Positions 9,557 to 23,289 of a stretch of 64,000 nucleotides of DNA are shown here, one piece after another. The DNA lies in the NCBI GenBank assembly GCA_031431875.1, contig JANPEF010000026.1, positions 1 through 64,000 of the forward strand, in the 5' to 3' direction. Positions within the stretch are counted from its first letter, which is position 1. Each line of letters opens with the position of its first letter. Source of the stretch: Candidatus Eiseniibacteriota bacterium. Its GTDB lineage: Bacteria; Eisenbacteria; RBG-16-71-46; DASYSL01. Made by a program: the position numbers and the translations under genes. Under the pieces are notes generated by a model. It was not told the DNA's origin. It saw nothing but the letters and a program-made list of their open reading frames with translations, and made no database searches.

Positions 9557-10750
9557 ATGCGTCCGTACTCCCTGCATCACCTCAGCAACACCGCACTGCT
9601 CCAGGACCTGAAGGACCTCGTCGTCCGCGATCGCGCCACGACCGCAGCCCTTCTCGCCCACATCGCCGAGGTCGACACCCGCCGGCTCTACGCGCCGGCC
9701 GGCTACCCGTCGATGTTCGCCTACTGCGTCGAAGAGTTGCGCCTCTCCGAGGGCGCGACCTACAAGCGCATCACGGCGGCGCGCGCGGCACGAAAGTATC
9801 CGGTCCTGTTCCGGCTCGTCGCCGAGGGCCGGCTCCACCTGACGGCGATCAAGTTCCTCGCCCCGCATCTCACTCCGGGCAACGCCGACGAACTGCTGGC
9901 AAGCGCCGTCGGTCTAGGCAAGGCGGAGCTCGAGGAGATGCTCGCGAGACGATTCCCCGATCCCCTCGTCCAGGCGGCATCCAGGGCCGTGGCCGGCCTG
10001 GACTTCGGATCACAACTCCTTCCCGCACAACTCATTGAAAGCGGGCTCGAGAATCTCTCTCAACTGGTTCCGGAACCAGTTGAGGCGCTCCTGCCGGGTT
10101 CGCCCGCGATCGCGGCATCGCTGCCGGACACATCTGCGATCGCCGTCGCACTCGCGCCGGCCGGCCCGTCGCCGCGCTACCTCCTCCAGGTCTCGATCGA
10201 GAAGAAGACCCGGGAGAAGCTGCACTATCTCCAGACCCTTCTCAGCCACACGATTCCTTCCGGCGACGTGGCCCAGGTGCTGGACCGCGCCCTCGACGCG
10301 CTGATCGCGCAGGTCGAGAAACGAAGGTTCGCGGCGACTCCCCGGCCGCAGGCCCGGGTACAGAAACTGCGCTCCGCTGCCGCCACGCGCCTCATCCCGG
10401 CAGCGGTGCGTCGCGCAGTCTGGACGCGAGACCAGGGGCGCTGCACGTTCCTCGGCGAGACTCTGCAACGCTGTCGCTCGCGCAGCTTCCTCGAGTTCGA
10501 TCACATCGAGCCAGTGGCGCGCGGCGGTCTAGGCACGGTCGAGAACCTGCGGCTGCGTTGTCGGACGCACAATCAGTACGAAGCCGAGCGAGTGTTCGGA
10601 GCGGAGTTCATGGCGGGGAAGCGGGCGCAGAATCACCGCCCGGCGCACGAGGCTGCACTCCTCTCTCCAGCCCCTGCGGGCCAACCCCTCGCTACGCGGG
10701 CTCGACCTGCTGGACCACCACCCCGCGCGCCGACATCTCCCCAAGAATGA
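9557..10750 (+). CDS. DUF222-like HNH endonuclease
   Basis: N-term LLAHIAEVDTRRLYAPAGYPSMFAYC; C-term IPAAVRRAVWTRDQGRCTF...LEFDHIEPVARGG...NLRLRCRTHN. Confidence 0.85.
   Translation: MRPYSLHHLSNTALLQDLKDLVVRDRATTAALLAHIAEVDTRRLYAPAGYPSMFAYCVEELRLSEGATYKRITAARAARKYPVLFRLVAEGRLHLTAIKFLAPHLTPGNADELLASAVGLGKAELEEMLARRFPDPLVQAASRAVAGLDFGSQLLPAQLIESGLENLSQLVPEPVEALLPGSPAIAASLPDTSAIAVALAPAGPSPRYLLQVSIEKKTREKLHYLQTLLSHTIPSGDVAQVLDRALDALIAQVEKRRFAATPRPQARVQKLRSAAATRLIPAAVRRAVWTRDQGRCTFLGETLQRCRSRSFLEFDHIEPVARGGLGTVENLRLRCRTHNQYEAERVFGAEFMAGKRAQNHRPAHEAALLSPAPAGQPLATRARPAGPPPRAPTSPQE
10059..10084. repeat. Perfect 26-bp palindrome inside the HNH CDS
   Basis: CTCAACTGGTTCC|GGAACCAGTTGAG. Confidence 0.95.
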
Positions 10751-11759
10751 ATCGCGCCGCGTCCGCATCGAGCCCGACGCGCTCGAGCGGCAGGACGCCG
10801 ACGCCACGGATACCACCCTCGGCGGCCAGCTGCGCGGTCACAGCCGTCGTGAATGCCGTCGTGCGCCCCATCGCGGTCAGGCCGGTCGCCGGATCGTACC
10901 GATCGGTCATCAGGCTCTTGAGTGTGCGCCCGCTCTTCCACTTCAGGTCGACCACCAGGGCGACGAAGTCGGCGGGCGGATCGACGACACACTCGCGGCG
11001 AAACGTCTCGATCAGCGTGCCGGCCGCGAGCAGCGGGCGGATCGCCGCGACATGCCCGGGCCAGCGTAGCGTCTTCTCCGCCATCGTGCGCACGCCCGAC
11101 GCGGTCGAGAGCAGCGTCCGCAGGCCGTCCGACACGAATGCCTCCATCGGCCCGACGCCGGGCACGTCGTACTCCTCGATCCGGTCGAGCACCGGCTCGG
11201 TGACGTGCTCCCCGTCGCGCACCCACCGCGCGGGGCGGGTGTATTCCTCGAGCAGGTCGTCGATGGACCAGGTCACGACGTAGCCGTACGGTCGTAACCG
11301 CTCCTGGGCGACACCCCCCACAAGAATCTCGAGCTCGACTGGCGTCCCGTGGCGCCCGGTCGCCTCGCCGACCAGCAGGTGCGAGAGCCCGGGCGCGAGG
11401 CCGCAATCGGGCACAATCGCGATCCCGGCCCGTGCGGCAGCGCCGTCGAGGGTGAGCGGATCCTCGGCCGAGAACGACACGTCGACCAGTGGCCGCTTTG
11501 CGTCGATCGCCGCCTGCATCGCGCCGTAACCGAAGCGCGACGGCAGCGCGCCGACGCCCAGGTCGTATTCATGCAACAGACGCGCGATCGCCTGCGGCGA
11601 CGAGAGGTCGGCCTCCAGCCAGCGCAGGTTGGGTACCGCCGGAAGTTCCGGCGCCCGCAAGTCGGCCACCGTGATCATCGCCGCCGGCAGCGATCGGGCG
11701 AGATCAGCGGCGAGCACGCGGCCCTGCTGGCCGCCACCGAGGACGAGGATCTTCTTCAC
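10692..11759 (-). CDS. Saccharopine dehydrogenase / lysine 6-dehydrogenase-like oxidoreductase
   Basis: ILVLGGGQQG Rossmann motif, DCGLAPGLS, TWSIDDLLEEYTRPAR, EKTLRWPGH; GGAGG RBS before GTG. Confidence 0.88.
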   Translation of the reverse strand: MKKILVLGGGQQGRVLAADLARSLPAAMITVADLRAPELPAVPNLRWLEADLSSPQAIARLLHEYDLGVGALPSRFGYGAMQAAIDAKRPLVDVSFSAEDPLTLDGAAARAGIAIVPDCGLAPGLSHLLVGEATGRHGTPVELEILVGGVAQERLRPYGYVVTWSIDDLLEEYTRPARWVRDGEHVTEPVLDRIEEYDVPGVGPMEAFVSDGLRTLLSTASGVRTMAEKTLRWPGHVAAIRPLLAAGTLIETFRRECVVDPPADFVALVVDLKWKSGRTLKSLMTDRYDPATGLTAMGRTTAFTTAVTAQLAAEGGIRGVGVLPLERVGLDADAARFILGEMSARGVVVQQVEPA

Positions 11760-11867
11760 GCATACCTCCGGGGATTCGCGCCATCGAACCGGAGCGCGAT
11801 CGGGTAGACTCGGCGGCGCCGAAAGCTCCGCATGAAAACAAGGACACAAACGACCTGGAGAACCGCC

Positions 11868-12263
11868 ATGGCCGACGCCACGAAGCCCAGCGACGACGAG
11901 CTGAAGGCCCGCCTGACCGCCGAACAGTACGAGGTCACGCGCTGCAGCGCGACCGAGCCTCCGTTCAGCGGCAAGTACTGGAACACGCACGACGACGGAA
12001 TCTACCGCTGTGTCGTCTGCAACGTCGAGTTGTTCCGCTCCGACGAGAAGTTCGACTCGGGCAGCGGCTGGCCCAGCTTCTGGCGCGCCGCCGCGGGTGA
12101 TCGCATCAAGGAGGTCACCGACAGCACCCACGGCATGGTGCGCATCGAGGTGCGCTGCGCCAACTGCGACTCGCACCTCGGGCACCTGTTCGACGACGGG
12201 CCGATGCCGACCCGCATGCGCTACTGCATCAACTCGGCCGCGCTCGATCTCGAGAAGCGCTAG
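11868..12263 (+). CDS. msrB: Peptide-methionine (R)-S-oxide reductase
   Basis: TEPPFSG, CVVC, KFDSGSGWPSF, CANCDSHLGHLFDDGP, RYCINS. Confidence 0.96.
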   Translation: MADATKPSDDELKARLTAEQYEVTRCSATEPPFSGKYWNTHDDGIYRCVVCNVELFRSDEKFDSGSGWPSFWRAAAGDRIKEVTDSTHGMVRIEVRCANCDSHLGHLFDDGPMPTRMRYCINSAALDLEKR

Positions 12264-12271
12264 CACCCACG

Positions 12272-12843
12272 CTAGCGCGCGACGATCACCCCGCAGGCGA
12301 CCCGGCCGCCTGCGTTGCCCACCGGCTGGCCGCCGTCGTCGGGCTTGGCGTGCACGATCACGGACCGGCCGTCGATCGGGTTCTTCGTCCCCCTGACCGT
12401 GATGTTGGTCACCGTCATCTCGTAGTGCGCATTGCCCTTCGCGTCGGCCGTCACATTTCCCAGGTCGCCGGCGTGGCGCGGATCGGCCGGCGGGAGGCCG
12501 TGGACGTGCTGTTCGGGGTTGTAGTGGCTGCCTGCGCTCGTCGCGTCCGGCGCGCTGCAATCGCCCTTCTCGTGCACGTGCATCGCATGCTGTTGCCCGG
12601 GCGTGAGCCCGGTCAGATCCGCAACCACATGCACGGTGCCATCCTTCATCTCGGCAAAGGTCACCGTGCCGGCCGCGGAGTTGCCCTGCGTGGGCGACAG
12701 CTGCACGGTGGCGAACGCGACGGGCGCCGGCGCGAGGGCACCGGCATCGGCTGAGGGCGACTTCCCGCCGTAGCTCGACGAGCAGCCGAGGGCAAACAGT
12801 GCACCGGCAGTGAGGCCCGCCAGTACGAGAGTCCGGTGACGAT

Positions 12844-12847
<4 letters not shown>
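12272..12847 (-). CDS. sodC: Cu/Zn superoxide dismutase lipoprotein
   Basis: Lipobox ALGC; HAMHVHEKGDC, SAGSHYNP, HAGDLGN, IVHAKPDD, GNAGGRVACGVI. Confidence 0.95.
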
Positions 12848-15198
<2,351 letters not shown>

Positions 15199-15337
15199 AG
15201 CGCTACCGTACGCGGCCCCGCCCCCCGTCTCAAGGTCCCCGCCTTGTCCGGCGGCGGATTTCGTGCTATCCGTTGCACGTCGGGCAGGCCCGACACCCCG
15301 CGCACAACTCGGGTTAGCCCCGGAGGACGCCCCCACG

Positions 15338-15997
15338 ATGCCTCGCCCGGCATTCCTGTCGTCGACGATCGGCCGCAAGGTCGTCATGGCCGTCACCGGC
15401 CTCGCGCTCGTCGGCTTCGTCTTCATACACATGCTCGGCAACCTGCTCCTGTACCAGGGCCCCGAGGCGATCAACGCCTATGGCCGCTTTCTCCAAGAAT
15501 TCCTGCATGGCTGGGGCATCTGGGCCGCCCGCGCCGTTCTCCTGGGGGCGATCGCGCTGCATATCGGCAGCGCCGTCTCGCTCGCCCGCGAAGAGCTTGC
15601 CGCACGCCCTGTCCGCTACCGCATGTGGAAGCCGAAGCGCTCGACCTATGCCTCGCGCACGATGCGCTGGAGCGGGCTGATCGTATTCTCGTTCCTCGTG
15701 TATCACCTGCTGCACTTCACCACGGGCACCGCGCATCCCGACTTCAGGCAGGGCGACGTGTATCACAACATCGTGACTGGCTTCTCGTTGTGGCCGGTGG
15801 CCACGGTATACGTCCTGTCGATGGTCCTGCTCGGACTCCACCTGCGGCATGGCGTGTGGAGCCTGTTCCAGAGCCTCGGCGTGTCGCACCCGCGCTACCT
15901 CGCGGCCGCGCAGTCCGGCGCCACGGCGTTCGCGACGATCATCGTCCTCGGGAACGTGTCGTTCCCCCTTTCGGTCCTGTTCGGACTGGTCCGCTGA
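15338..15997 (+). CDS. sdhC: Succinate dehydrogenase/fumarate reductase cytochrome b subunit
   Basis: [43 protein letters not shown]. Confidence 0.93.
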   Translation: MPRPAFLSSTIGRKVVMAVTGLALVGFVFIHMLGNLLLYQGPEAINAYGRFLQEFLHGWGIWAARAVLLGAIALHIGSAVSLAREELAARPVRYRMWKPKRSTYASRTMRWSGLIVFSFLVYHLLHFTTGTAHPDFRQGDVYHNIVTGFSLWPVATVYVLSMVLLGLHLRHGVWSLFQSLGVSHPRYLAAAQSGATAFATIIVLGNVSFPLSVLFGLVR

Positions 15998-16014
15998 CCG
16001 GGAGGCCTGCGCGC

Positions 16015-17924
<1,910 letters not shown>

Positions 17925-17928
<4 letters not shown>

Positions 17929-18710
17929 TGAAGCTGACCCTCAACGTGTGGCGCCAGTCTTCCGCGCAGGCCGCGGGCCGCTTCGAGACCTACACGCTCG
18001 ACGGTGTGAGCGAACACATGTCGTTTCTTGAAATGCTCGATGTCCTCAACGAACAACTCATGGCCGGAGGCAAGGAAGCCATCGCCTTCGATCATGACTG
18101 CCGCGAAGGCATCTGCGGCTCGTGCGGCGTCGTGGTCAACGGCCGCCCGCACGGCCCCGTCGACCGCGTCACGGCCTGCCAGCTCCAGATGCGCAGCTTC
18201 AAGGACGGCGACACGCTGACCATCGAGCCCTGGCGCGCGAAGGCCTTCCCGGTCGTGCGCGACCTGGTCGTCGACCGCAGCGCGTTCGACCGCATCATCG
18301 CCGCCGGCGGCTTCATCAGCGCCCCCACCGGCAGCGCCGTCGACGCGAACTCGCTGCCGGTCGCCAAGGAGAGCGCCGACCTTGCGTTCGACGCGGCCAC
18401 CTGCATCGGCTGCGGCGCCTGTGTCGCGGCCTGCCCCAACGCCTCGGCCATGTTGTTCACCGCGGCAAAGGTCTCCCACCTCGGACTGCTCCCGCAGGGC
18501 CAGCCCGAGCGTCACACGCGGGCGCTCGCAATGGTTCGCCAGATGGATGCCGAGGGCTTCGGCGGGTGCACCAACCACTTCGAATGCATGGCGGCCTGCC
18601 CCAAGGGCATCTCGGTCAATTTCATCGCGCGCATGAACGCTGACTTCACGCGGGCGTCGCTCGAGGAAGGCCGGCGCGCCGTGACCGGCGCGGAGTCGGG
18701 CGCGGGCTAG
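17925..18710 (+). CDS. sdhB: Succinate dehydrogenase/fumarate reductase iron-sulfur subunit
   Basis: [32 protein letters not shown]; start may be ATG 17928. Confidence 0.96.
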
Positions 18711-18731
18711 AAGGCTCCCGGACGGGGGCCC

Positions 18732-18760
18732 TTGACAATCTTCCCCCCGTCTCGCATGAT
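18732..18760 (+). promoter_or_regulatory. sigma70 promoter upstream of the VWA gene
   Basis: TTGACA-17 nt-CATGAT. Confidence 0.65.
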
Positions 18761-18956
18761 CCTCCACTCCACTCCAGATCACACGCGCGGCTCGGAGCCG
18801 CCGCCGGATCGCCTCGAACCGGATTCGAGACGCTGATCCCGCCCCGATTGGTCACCGCAGTTCATCACCACGAACGAACCCACCCCCCGTGGCCCGCGGC
18901 ATGGCGACGCTCGCTGCCGACGGAGCGAGTCTGTTCACACCCCGAGGAGGTACGCG

Positions 18957-19613
18957 ATGAACCCCGACTACACGCACATGACCGTGATCCTGGACCGCTC
19001 CGGTTCGATGGAGGAGATCCGCGACGACATCATCGGAGGCTTCAACGGATTCCTGGGCGACCACAAGGCCCAGCCCGGGAAGGCGACGCTGACCCTCGTC
19101 CAGTTCGATGGCCAGGACCCGTACGAGGTCCTCACCAACTTCAGCCCGCTCCATGAAGTCGCGCCACTCGATCACTCGACCTACGTCCCGCGGGGATCGA
19201 CGCCGCTCTTCGATGCGGTGGGTCGCGGGATCAATGACATCGAGGCGGCCATCGCGAAGCTCCCCGGGGCGCTGCGGCCCTCGAAGGTGATCGTCGGTAT
19301 CTTCACCGACGGTCAGGAGAACGCGAGCACCGAGTTCACCAAGGTGCAGGTCACGAAGATGATCAAGGCGAGGACGGACGAGAACGCATGGGAGTTCGTC
19401 TTCCTGAGCGCCGACCTCGCGGCCTTCAACGAGGCCCGGGACATCGGGATTCTCACCATGAAGGGGATGCTCTTCGCGAAGGGCAAAGAGGGCACCGCGC
19501 AGGCGTGGCGGGCCTTCTCCGGGCAGGCCGGAATGTATCGTCGCGACGCCGGGCATCGGATCGGATTCTCCGAGGAGGATCGCAAGCGCGCCGCCGAGCC
19601 CGACAAGAAGTAG
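18957..19613 (+). CDS. VWA domain protein
   Basis: MIDAS motif ILDRSGSM, GSTPLFDA, IFTDGQENAS; GAGGAGG RBS. Confidence 0.88.
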   Translation: MNPDYTHMTVILDRSGSMEEIRDDIIGGFNGFLGDHKAQPGKATLTLVQFDGQDPYEVLTNFSPLHEVAPLDHSTYVPRGSTPLFDAVGRGINDIEAAIAKLPGALRPSKVIVGIFTDGQENASTEFTKVQVTKMIKARTDENAWEFVFLSADLAAFNEARDIGILTMKGMLFAKGKEGTAQAWRAFSGQAGMYRRDAGHRIGFSEEDRKRAAEPDKK

Positions 19614-19720
19614 GAGTGCCGTCGCGGGGGGCGATCGACGAGGTCGTGGTCCAGCCGGGCCACGGTCGATCGCCTCCGCGGTTTCCCGCGACCGGCGACT
19701 TTCTGTAAGATGCCCCCGAC

Positions 19721-20506
19721 ATGAGAAAGCCCCCGCTCTGGACGATCCTCCTCCTGCTCACGGCGTCGGCGACGCTTGCGCAGGCCGAGGCCGGATCGCC
19801 GGACCCCTCCTGGTACGTGTCGTGGGGCTACAACACCGAGACCTACCTCGACAACGACATGCGCTTTCGCCAGCCCTCGCTCGGCAATGATTTCACGCTG
19901 CACGACGTGCAGCTGCACGACCTGGTGAGCGCGGACATCTGGAACCATCCGCCGACCATTCCGCAGTACAGCATCCGGATCGGCTGCTTCCTGTGGAAGA
20001 ACACCAGCATCGAGTTGAACTTTGATCATGCGAAAGCGATTCTGGGCCCGGATCAGAGCGTGCACGTGACCGGCACGCTGGCCGGCACTCCCATCGACGA
20101 GGTGGTTCCGGCGTCCGACTTCGTTCAGGGTTACATGCTGAATAACGGGGCGAACTTCCTCCTGCTGAACATCGTCCAGCGCTTCCCGCTGCTCGGCGAG
20201 GCGGGTCGCACGGGGAGCCTGGCCCTGCTCGGCAAAGCCGGCTTCGGGTTCATGTATCCGCACACCGAGAACACCGTGCTCGGCTTGCCCAACCTGCCCG
20301 GATTCCAGTACGGCGGACTCGGGAGCGGGGTCGAAGCCGCGGTGCGCGTGCACTTCTACAAGGGCGGCTATCTCGAGGGGGCCCAGAAGGTCTTCTTCGG
20401 CCGCTACAAGAGCCTGAACATCAACGAGGGTGCGGCAAGCCACGACCTGTTCGCCAACGAGACCATCCTGAGCCTGGGAATCGCAATCGGCCGCGGAAGG
20501 CAGTAG
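19721..20506 (+). CDS. Secreted, probably outer-membrane beta-barrel, hypothetical protein
   Basis: Signal peptide; aromatic-rich amphipathic strands (SWGYN, PQYSIRIG, IELNFDHAK). Confidence 0.65.
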   Translation: MRKPPLWTILLLLTASATLAQAEAGSPDPSWYVSWGYNTETYLDNDMRFRQPSLGNDFTLHDVQLHDLVSADIWNHPPTIPQYSIRIGCFLWKNTSIELNFDHAKAILGPDQSVHVTGTLAGTPIDEVVPASDFVQGYMLNNGANFLLLNIVQRFPLLGEAGRTGSLALLGKAGFGFMYPHTENTVLGLPNLPGFQYGGLGSGVEAAVRVHFYKGGYLEGAQKVFFGRYKSLNINEGAASHDLFANETILSLGIAIGRGRQ

Positions 20507-20555
20507 ATCGACGCCGCGGTCCGTTTTCACGACCGACGAAACAAAGGACGGGATC

Positions 20556-21242
20556 ATGCACGGCGAGTCGCACCGCACCGCGAGGATCGGCTGGCTGCGC
20601 GCCGCCGTCCTCGGCGCCAATGACGGCCTCATCTCGACCGGCAGCCTGATCGTCGGCGTCGCCTCCGCCGCGCCCGATCGTGCGGCCATCGTCCTTGCCG
20701 CCGTGGCGGGTCTGGTCGCCGGGGCGCTGTCGATGGCGGCTGGCGAGTACGTGTCGGTGAGCTCGCAATCCGACACCGAGCAGGCCGACCTCGAACGCGA
20801 GCGCGGTGAACTCGCCGCCGCACCCGAGGCCGAGCGCACCGAGCTCGCCGAGATCTACGTCACGCGCGGGCTGACCCGCGAGCTCGCATTCGAGGTCGCC
20901 GACCAGCTCACCGCGCACGACGCGTTGGGAGCCCACGCCCGCGACGAACTCGGCATCCACCCGGGCACGCGTGCGCGGCCGATCCAGGCCGCAGTCGCCT
21001 CGGCGGCATCGTTCGCGGTCGGTGCGCTTTCCCCCGCACTCCTTGCCGCGTTCCTGCCCGGGGCGCTGGTGACCCCGGGCGTCGTCGGCGTCACGCTCGT
21101 CCTCCTGTTCCTGCTCGGGGGTGCCGCGGCGCGCCTGGGCGGCGCATCCCCCATGCACGGCGCGCGCCGTGTCGCATTCTGGGGCGCGGTCGCGATGGGC
21201 TGCACGGCTCTCGTCGGACGACTCTTCGGCGCGGTGGTCTAG
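20556..21242 (+). CDS. VIT1/CCC1 family Fe/Mn transporter
   Basis: WLRAAVLGANDGLIS, AGALSMAAGEYVSVSSQ. Confidence 0.93.
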   Translation: MHGESHRTARIGWLRAAVLGANDGLISTGSLIVGVASAAPDRAAIVLAAVAGLVAGALSMAAGEYVSVSSQSDTEQADLERERGELAAAPEAERTELAEIYVTRGLTRELAFEVADQLTAHDALGAHARDELGIHPGTRARPIQAAVASAASFAVGALSPALLAAFLPGALVTPGVVGVTLVLLFLLGGAAARLGGASPMHGARRVAFWGAVAMGCTALVGRLFGAVV

Positions 21243-21447
21243 CCGAAGGCAGCGGACCGGAAGCTCCGGCAGCACTCCGGCAACACTCCGGGACACTGAA
21301 GTGCACGGCCAAGCGGTCGGTTCTGTATGATTCCCCCGCCTCACCCCGTTGCAACGGCGAGATCGGGCACTGGCCGGGCCATCACTCACAGCAGCCGCTG
21401 ATCGACGTGCGTGACGCGATCGACGCGGTTCCAAGGAGCCGCTGACC

Positions 21448-21858
21448 ATGGAGACGACCGGAGTTTTCGCGGACATGATGCGGCTGTGGATCGGCTGGGC
21501 GGCGTTCGGCATCGAACTGCTTGCCGTCGCCGTGATCCTCGCGGCGGTGGTGATCATGACGGTTTCCGGCCGCACGGTGCGGCACCTGTTCAAGCGCCCG
21601 GATCAATCCGGTTACGAGCGCTACAAGCACAGTCTCGGAAAGGCGCTGCTGCTCGCACTCGAGTTGCTCGTCGCGGCCGACGTCGCCCGCACCGTGACGC
21701 TCGCCCCCACGATGGAGAATGTCTCGGTGCTCGGCATCCTCGTGCTCGTGCGCACGATCCTCAGCTGGTCGCTGATCGTCGAGATGGAGGGTCGCTGGCC
21801 CTGGCAGGCCGGCGCTGCCGCGGATGCCGCGGCGGAAGGCATGGAGAAACGCGACTGA
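21448..21858 (+). CDS. DUF1622 membrane protein
   Basis: LGKALLLALELLVAADVARTV, VLVRTILSWSL. Confidence 0.85.
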   Translation: METTGVFADMMRLWIGWAAFGIELLAVAVILAAVVIMTVSGRTVRHLFKRPDQSGYERYKHSLGKALLLALELLVAADVARTVTLAPTMENVSVLGILVLVRTILSWSLIVEMEGRWPWQAGAAADAAAEGMEKRD

Positions 21859-22047
21859 ATTCTGGGGTCGCCCGGGGCACTGCCAGGCGCTCCCGGCCTG
21901 GCCGGCCCACGCTCCGGCGGGGTGCCACCATGAAAAGTGAGCGATCCTTGACCCCGCCGGGGTACGAGCCCGTGTACGACTTGCAACGGGGGGCCACGGG
22001 TGAGAGGCTTTCGGCCCCGGTCCCCGCCCGATAGCCCGGAGCCCGCC

Positions 22048-23289
22048 ATGAGACCGAGACTTCGCCAGCGACCTCGCCTCATCCTGTTCCTCGCCGCGAT
22101 GGCCGGCTTCGCCGCGACCGGCTGCAGCGACGACGGCCCGAGCGCACCCGATGGATCCGACGAGAGCATCGTGCGCACGATCGACGACCTCGACTACGTG
22201 AAGGGCCGTTACTACTTCCTGCAGCACCCCGCTGAGCAACTGTCGACCCAGAGCGTGATCGAGCCCGGATCGGTGCGCGTGTTTCTCGACGACCTCAACG
22301 GAGCGAACAACCAGGGCGTCCGGGAGGGCCGGGCCGCCGTCGATCCGACACGGCCGCCGGCTGTGGGCGACACGCTTGGCGGGACCTTCGACGAACTGCG
22401 CGAGCTGGCCGACTTCCAGGTCAAGGTCGACTACTACGGGGATCGATTCCCGGTTCTCGTCCTGCGCACGCCCATCGCGTCGTCCCAGATGCTCGCCGTC
22501 ACGTACGAGGAGATCCTCCCGGGTGGATCCCGACGCACGGTCGGCAGCGTGCCCGACTCGGCAGACGAGCCGCTCGTTCTCAAGCTGCTGCAGGCGCCGC
22601 GCCAGTACCTCGAGGCCGACGACATGGATCCCGACTATTTCGAGTCGGACCCGGCGGTCGACCCGCTCGCGGTCACGCGCGAGCTCGAGCTGAAGAGCTT
22701 CTATGACCTGAAGGCGACGAATATCGATCCGCGGAGCCTGCAGATCGAGGTGCATCGCTACGAGATCGGGCCTTCGAGCGGGAGCGACGGCTACACCGAG
22801 GGTATCGCCACGTTTCCCTACGCCCAGATCCTCGGCGTGGACCTGTTCACCGACAACGGGGCCGGCGCGGCCATCGAGGGGTCGGACACGGTGGTCGACC
22901 AGTTCACCTCCGCGTGGTTCCTCCAGAGCGAGAGCGGCATCCTCTTCTTTCCCGACTTGCGCCCGTTCGATCCGCGGATCACCCCACGACCGGATGCCCA
23001 CCCGGAGGAGGATCACTTCTTCCGCAGCCGCATCGCGGTCGATCCGGGCGTACCCGGGCTTCGGGGGCGGGTCCTCTGGCCGCCGGGGCTCTCCGGCGCG
23101 CCCGGGGTGGCCGGTGGTGGCGCCACGCCCCCCGAGCTCGAGGCGAATCGGAACCCGTACGACAGGCGCAACCTGATCACCGTCCGGGATCGTCGGTACT
23201 TCATCCAGGCCCGCTTCGCGAGTGCGGCACCGAAGTCGATCGCGGCGAATGGTGCCGCTCCGTCATCCACTCCCGGAGATCGACCATGA
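22048..23289 (+). CDS. Lipoprotein carrying an SprA-like internal domain
   Basis: Lipobox ATGC; motifs LKLL...ELELKSFYDL...YAQILGVD...GILFFPDLRPFD resemble a segment of T9SS SprA as I recall it. Confidence 0.6.
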   Translation: MRPRLRQRPRLILFLAAMAGFAATGCSDDGPSAPDGSDESIVRTIDDLDYVKGRYYFLQHPAEQLSTQSVIEPGSVRVFLDDLNGANNQGVREGRAAVDPTRPPAVGDTLGGTFDELRELADFQVKVDYYGDRFPVLVLRTPIASSQMLAVTYEEILPGGSRRTVGSVPDSADEPLVLKLLQAPRQYLEADDMDPDYFESDPAVDPLAVTRELELKSFYDLKATNIDPRSLQIEVHRYEIGPSSGSDGYTEGIATFPYAQILGVDLFTDNGAGAAIEGSDTVVDQFTSAWFLQSESGILFFPDLRPFDPRITPRPDAHPEEDHFFRSRIAVDPGVPGLRGRVLWPPGLSGAPGVAGGGATPPELEANRNPYDRRNLITVRDRRYFIQARFASAAPKSIAANGAAPSSTPGDRP

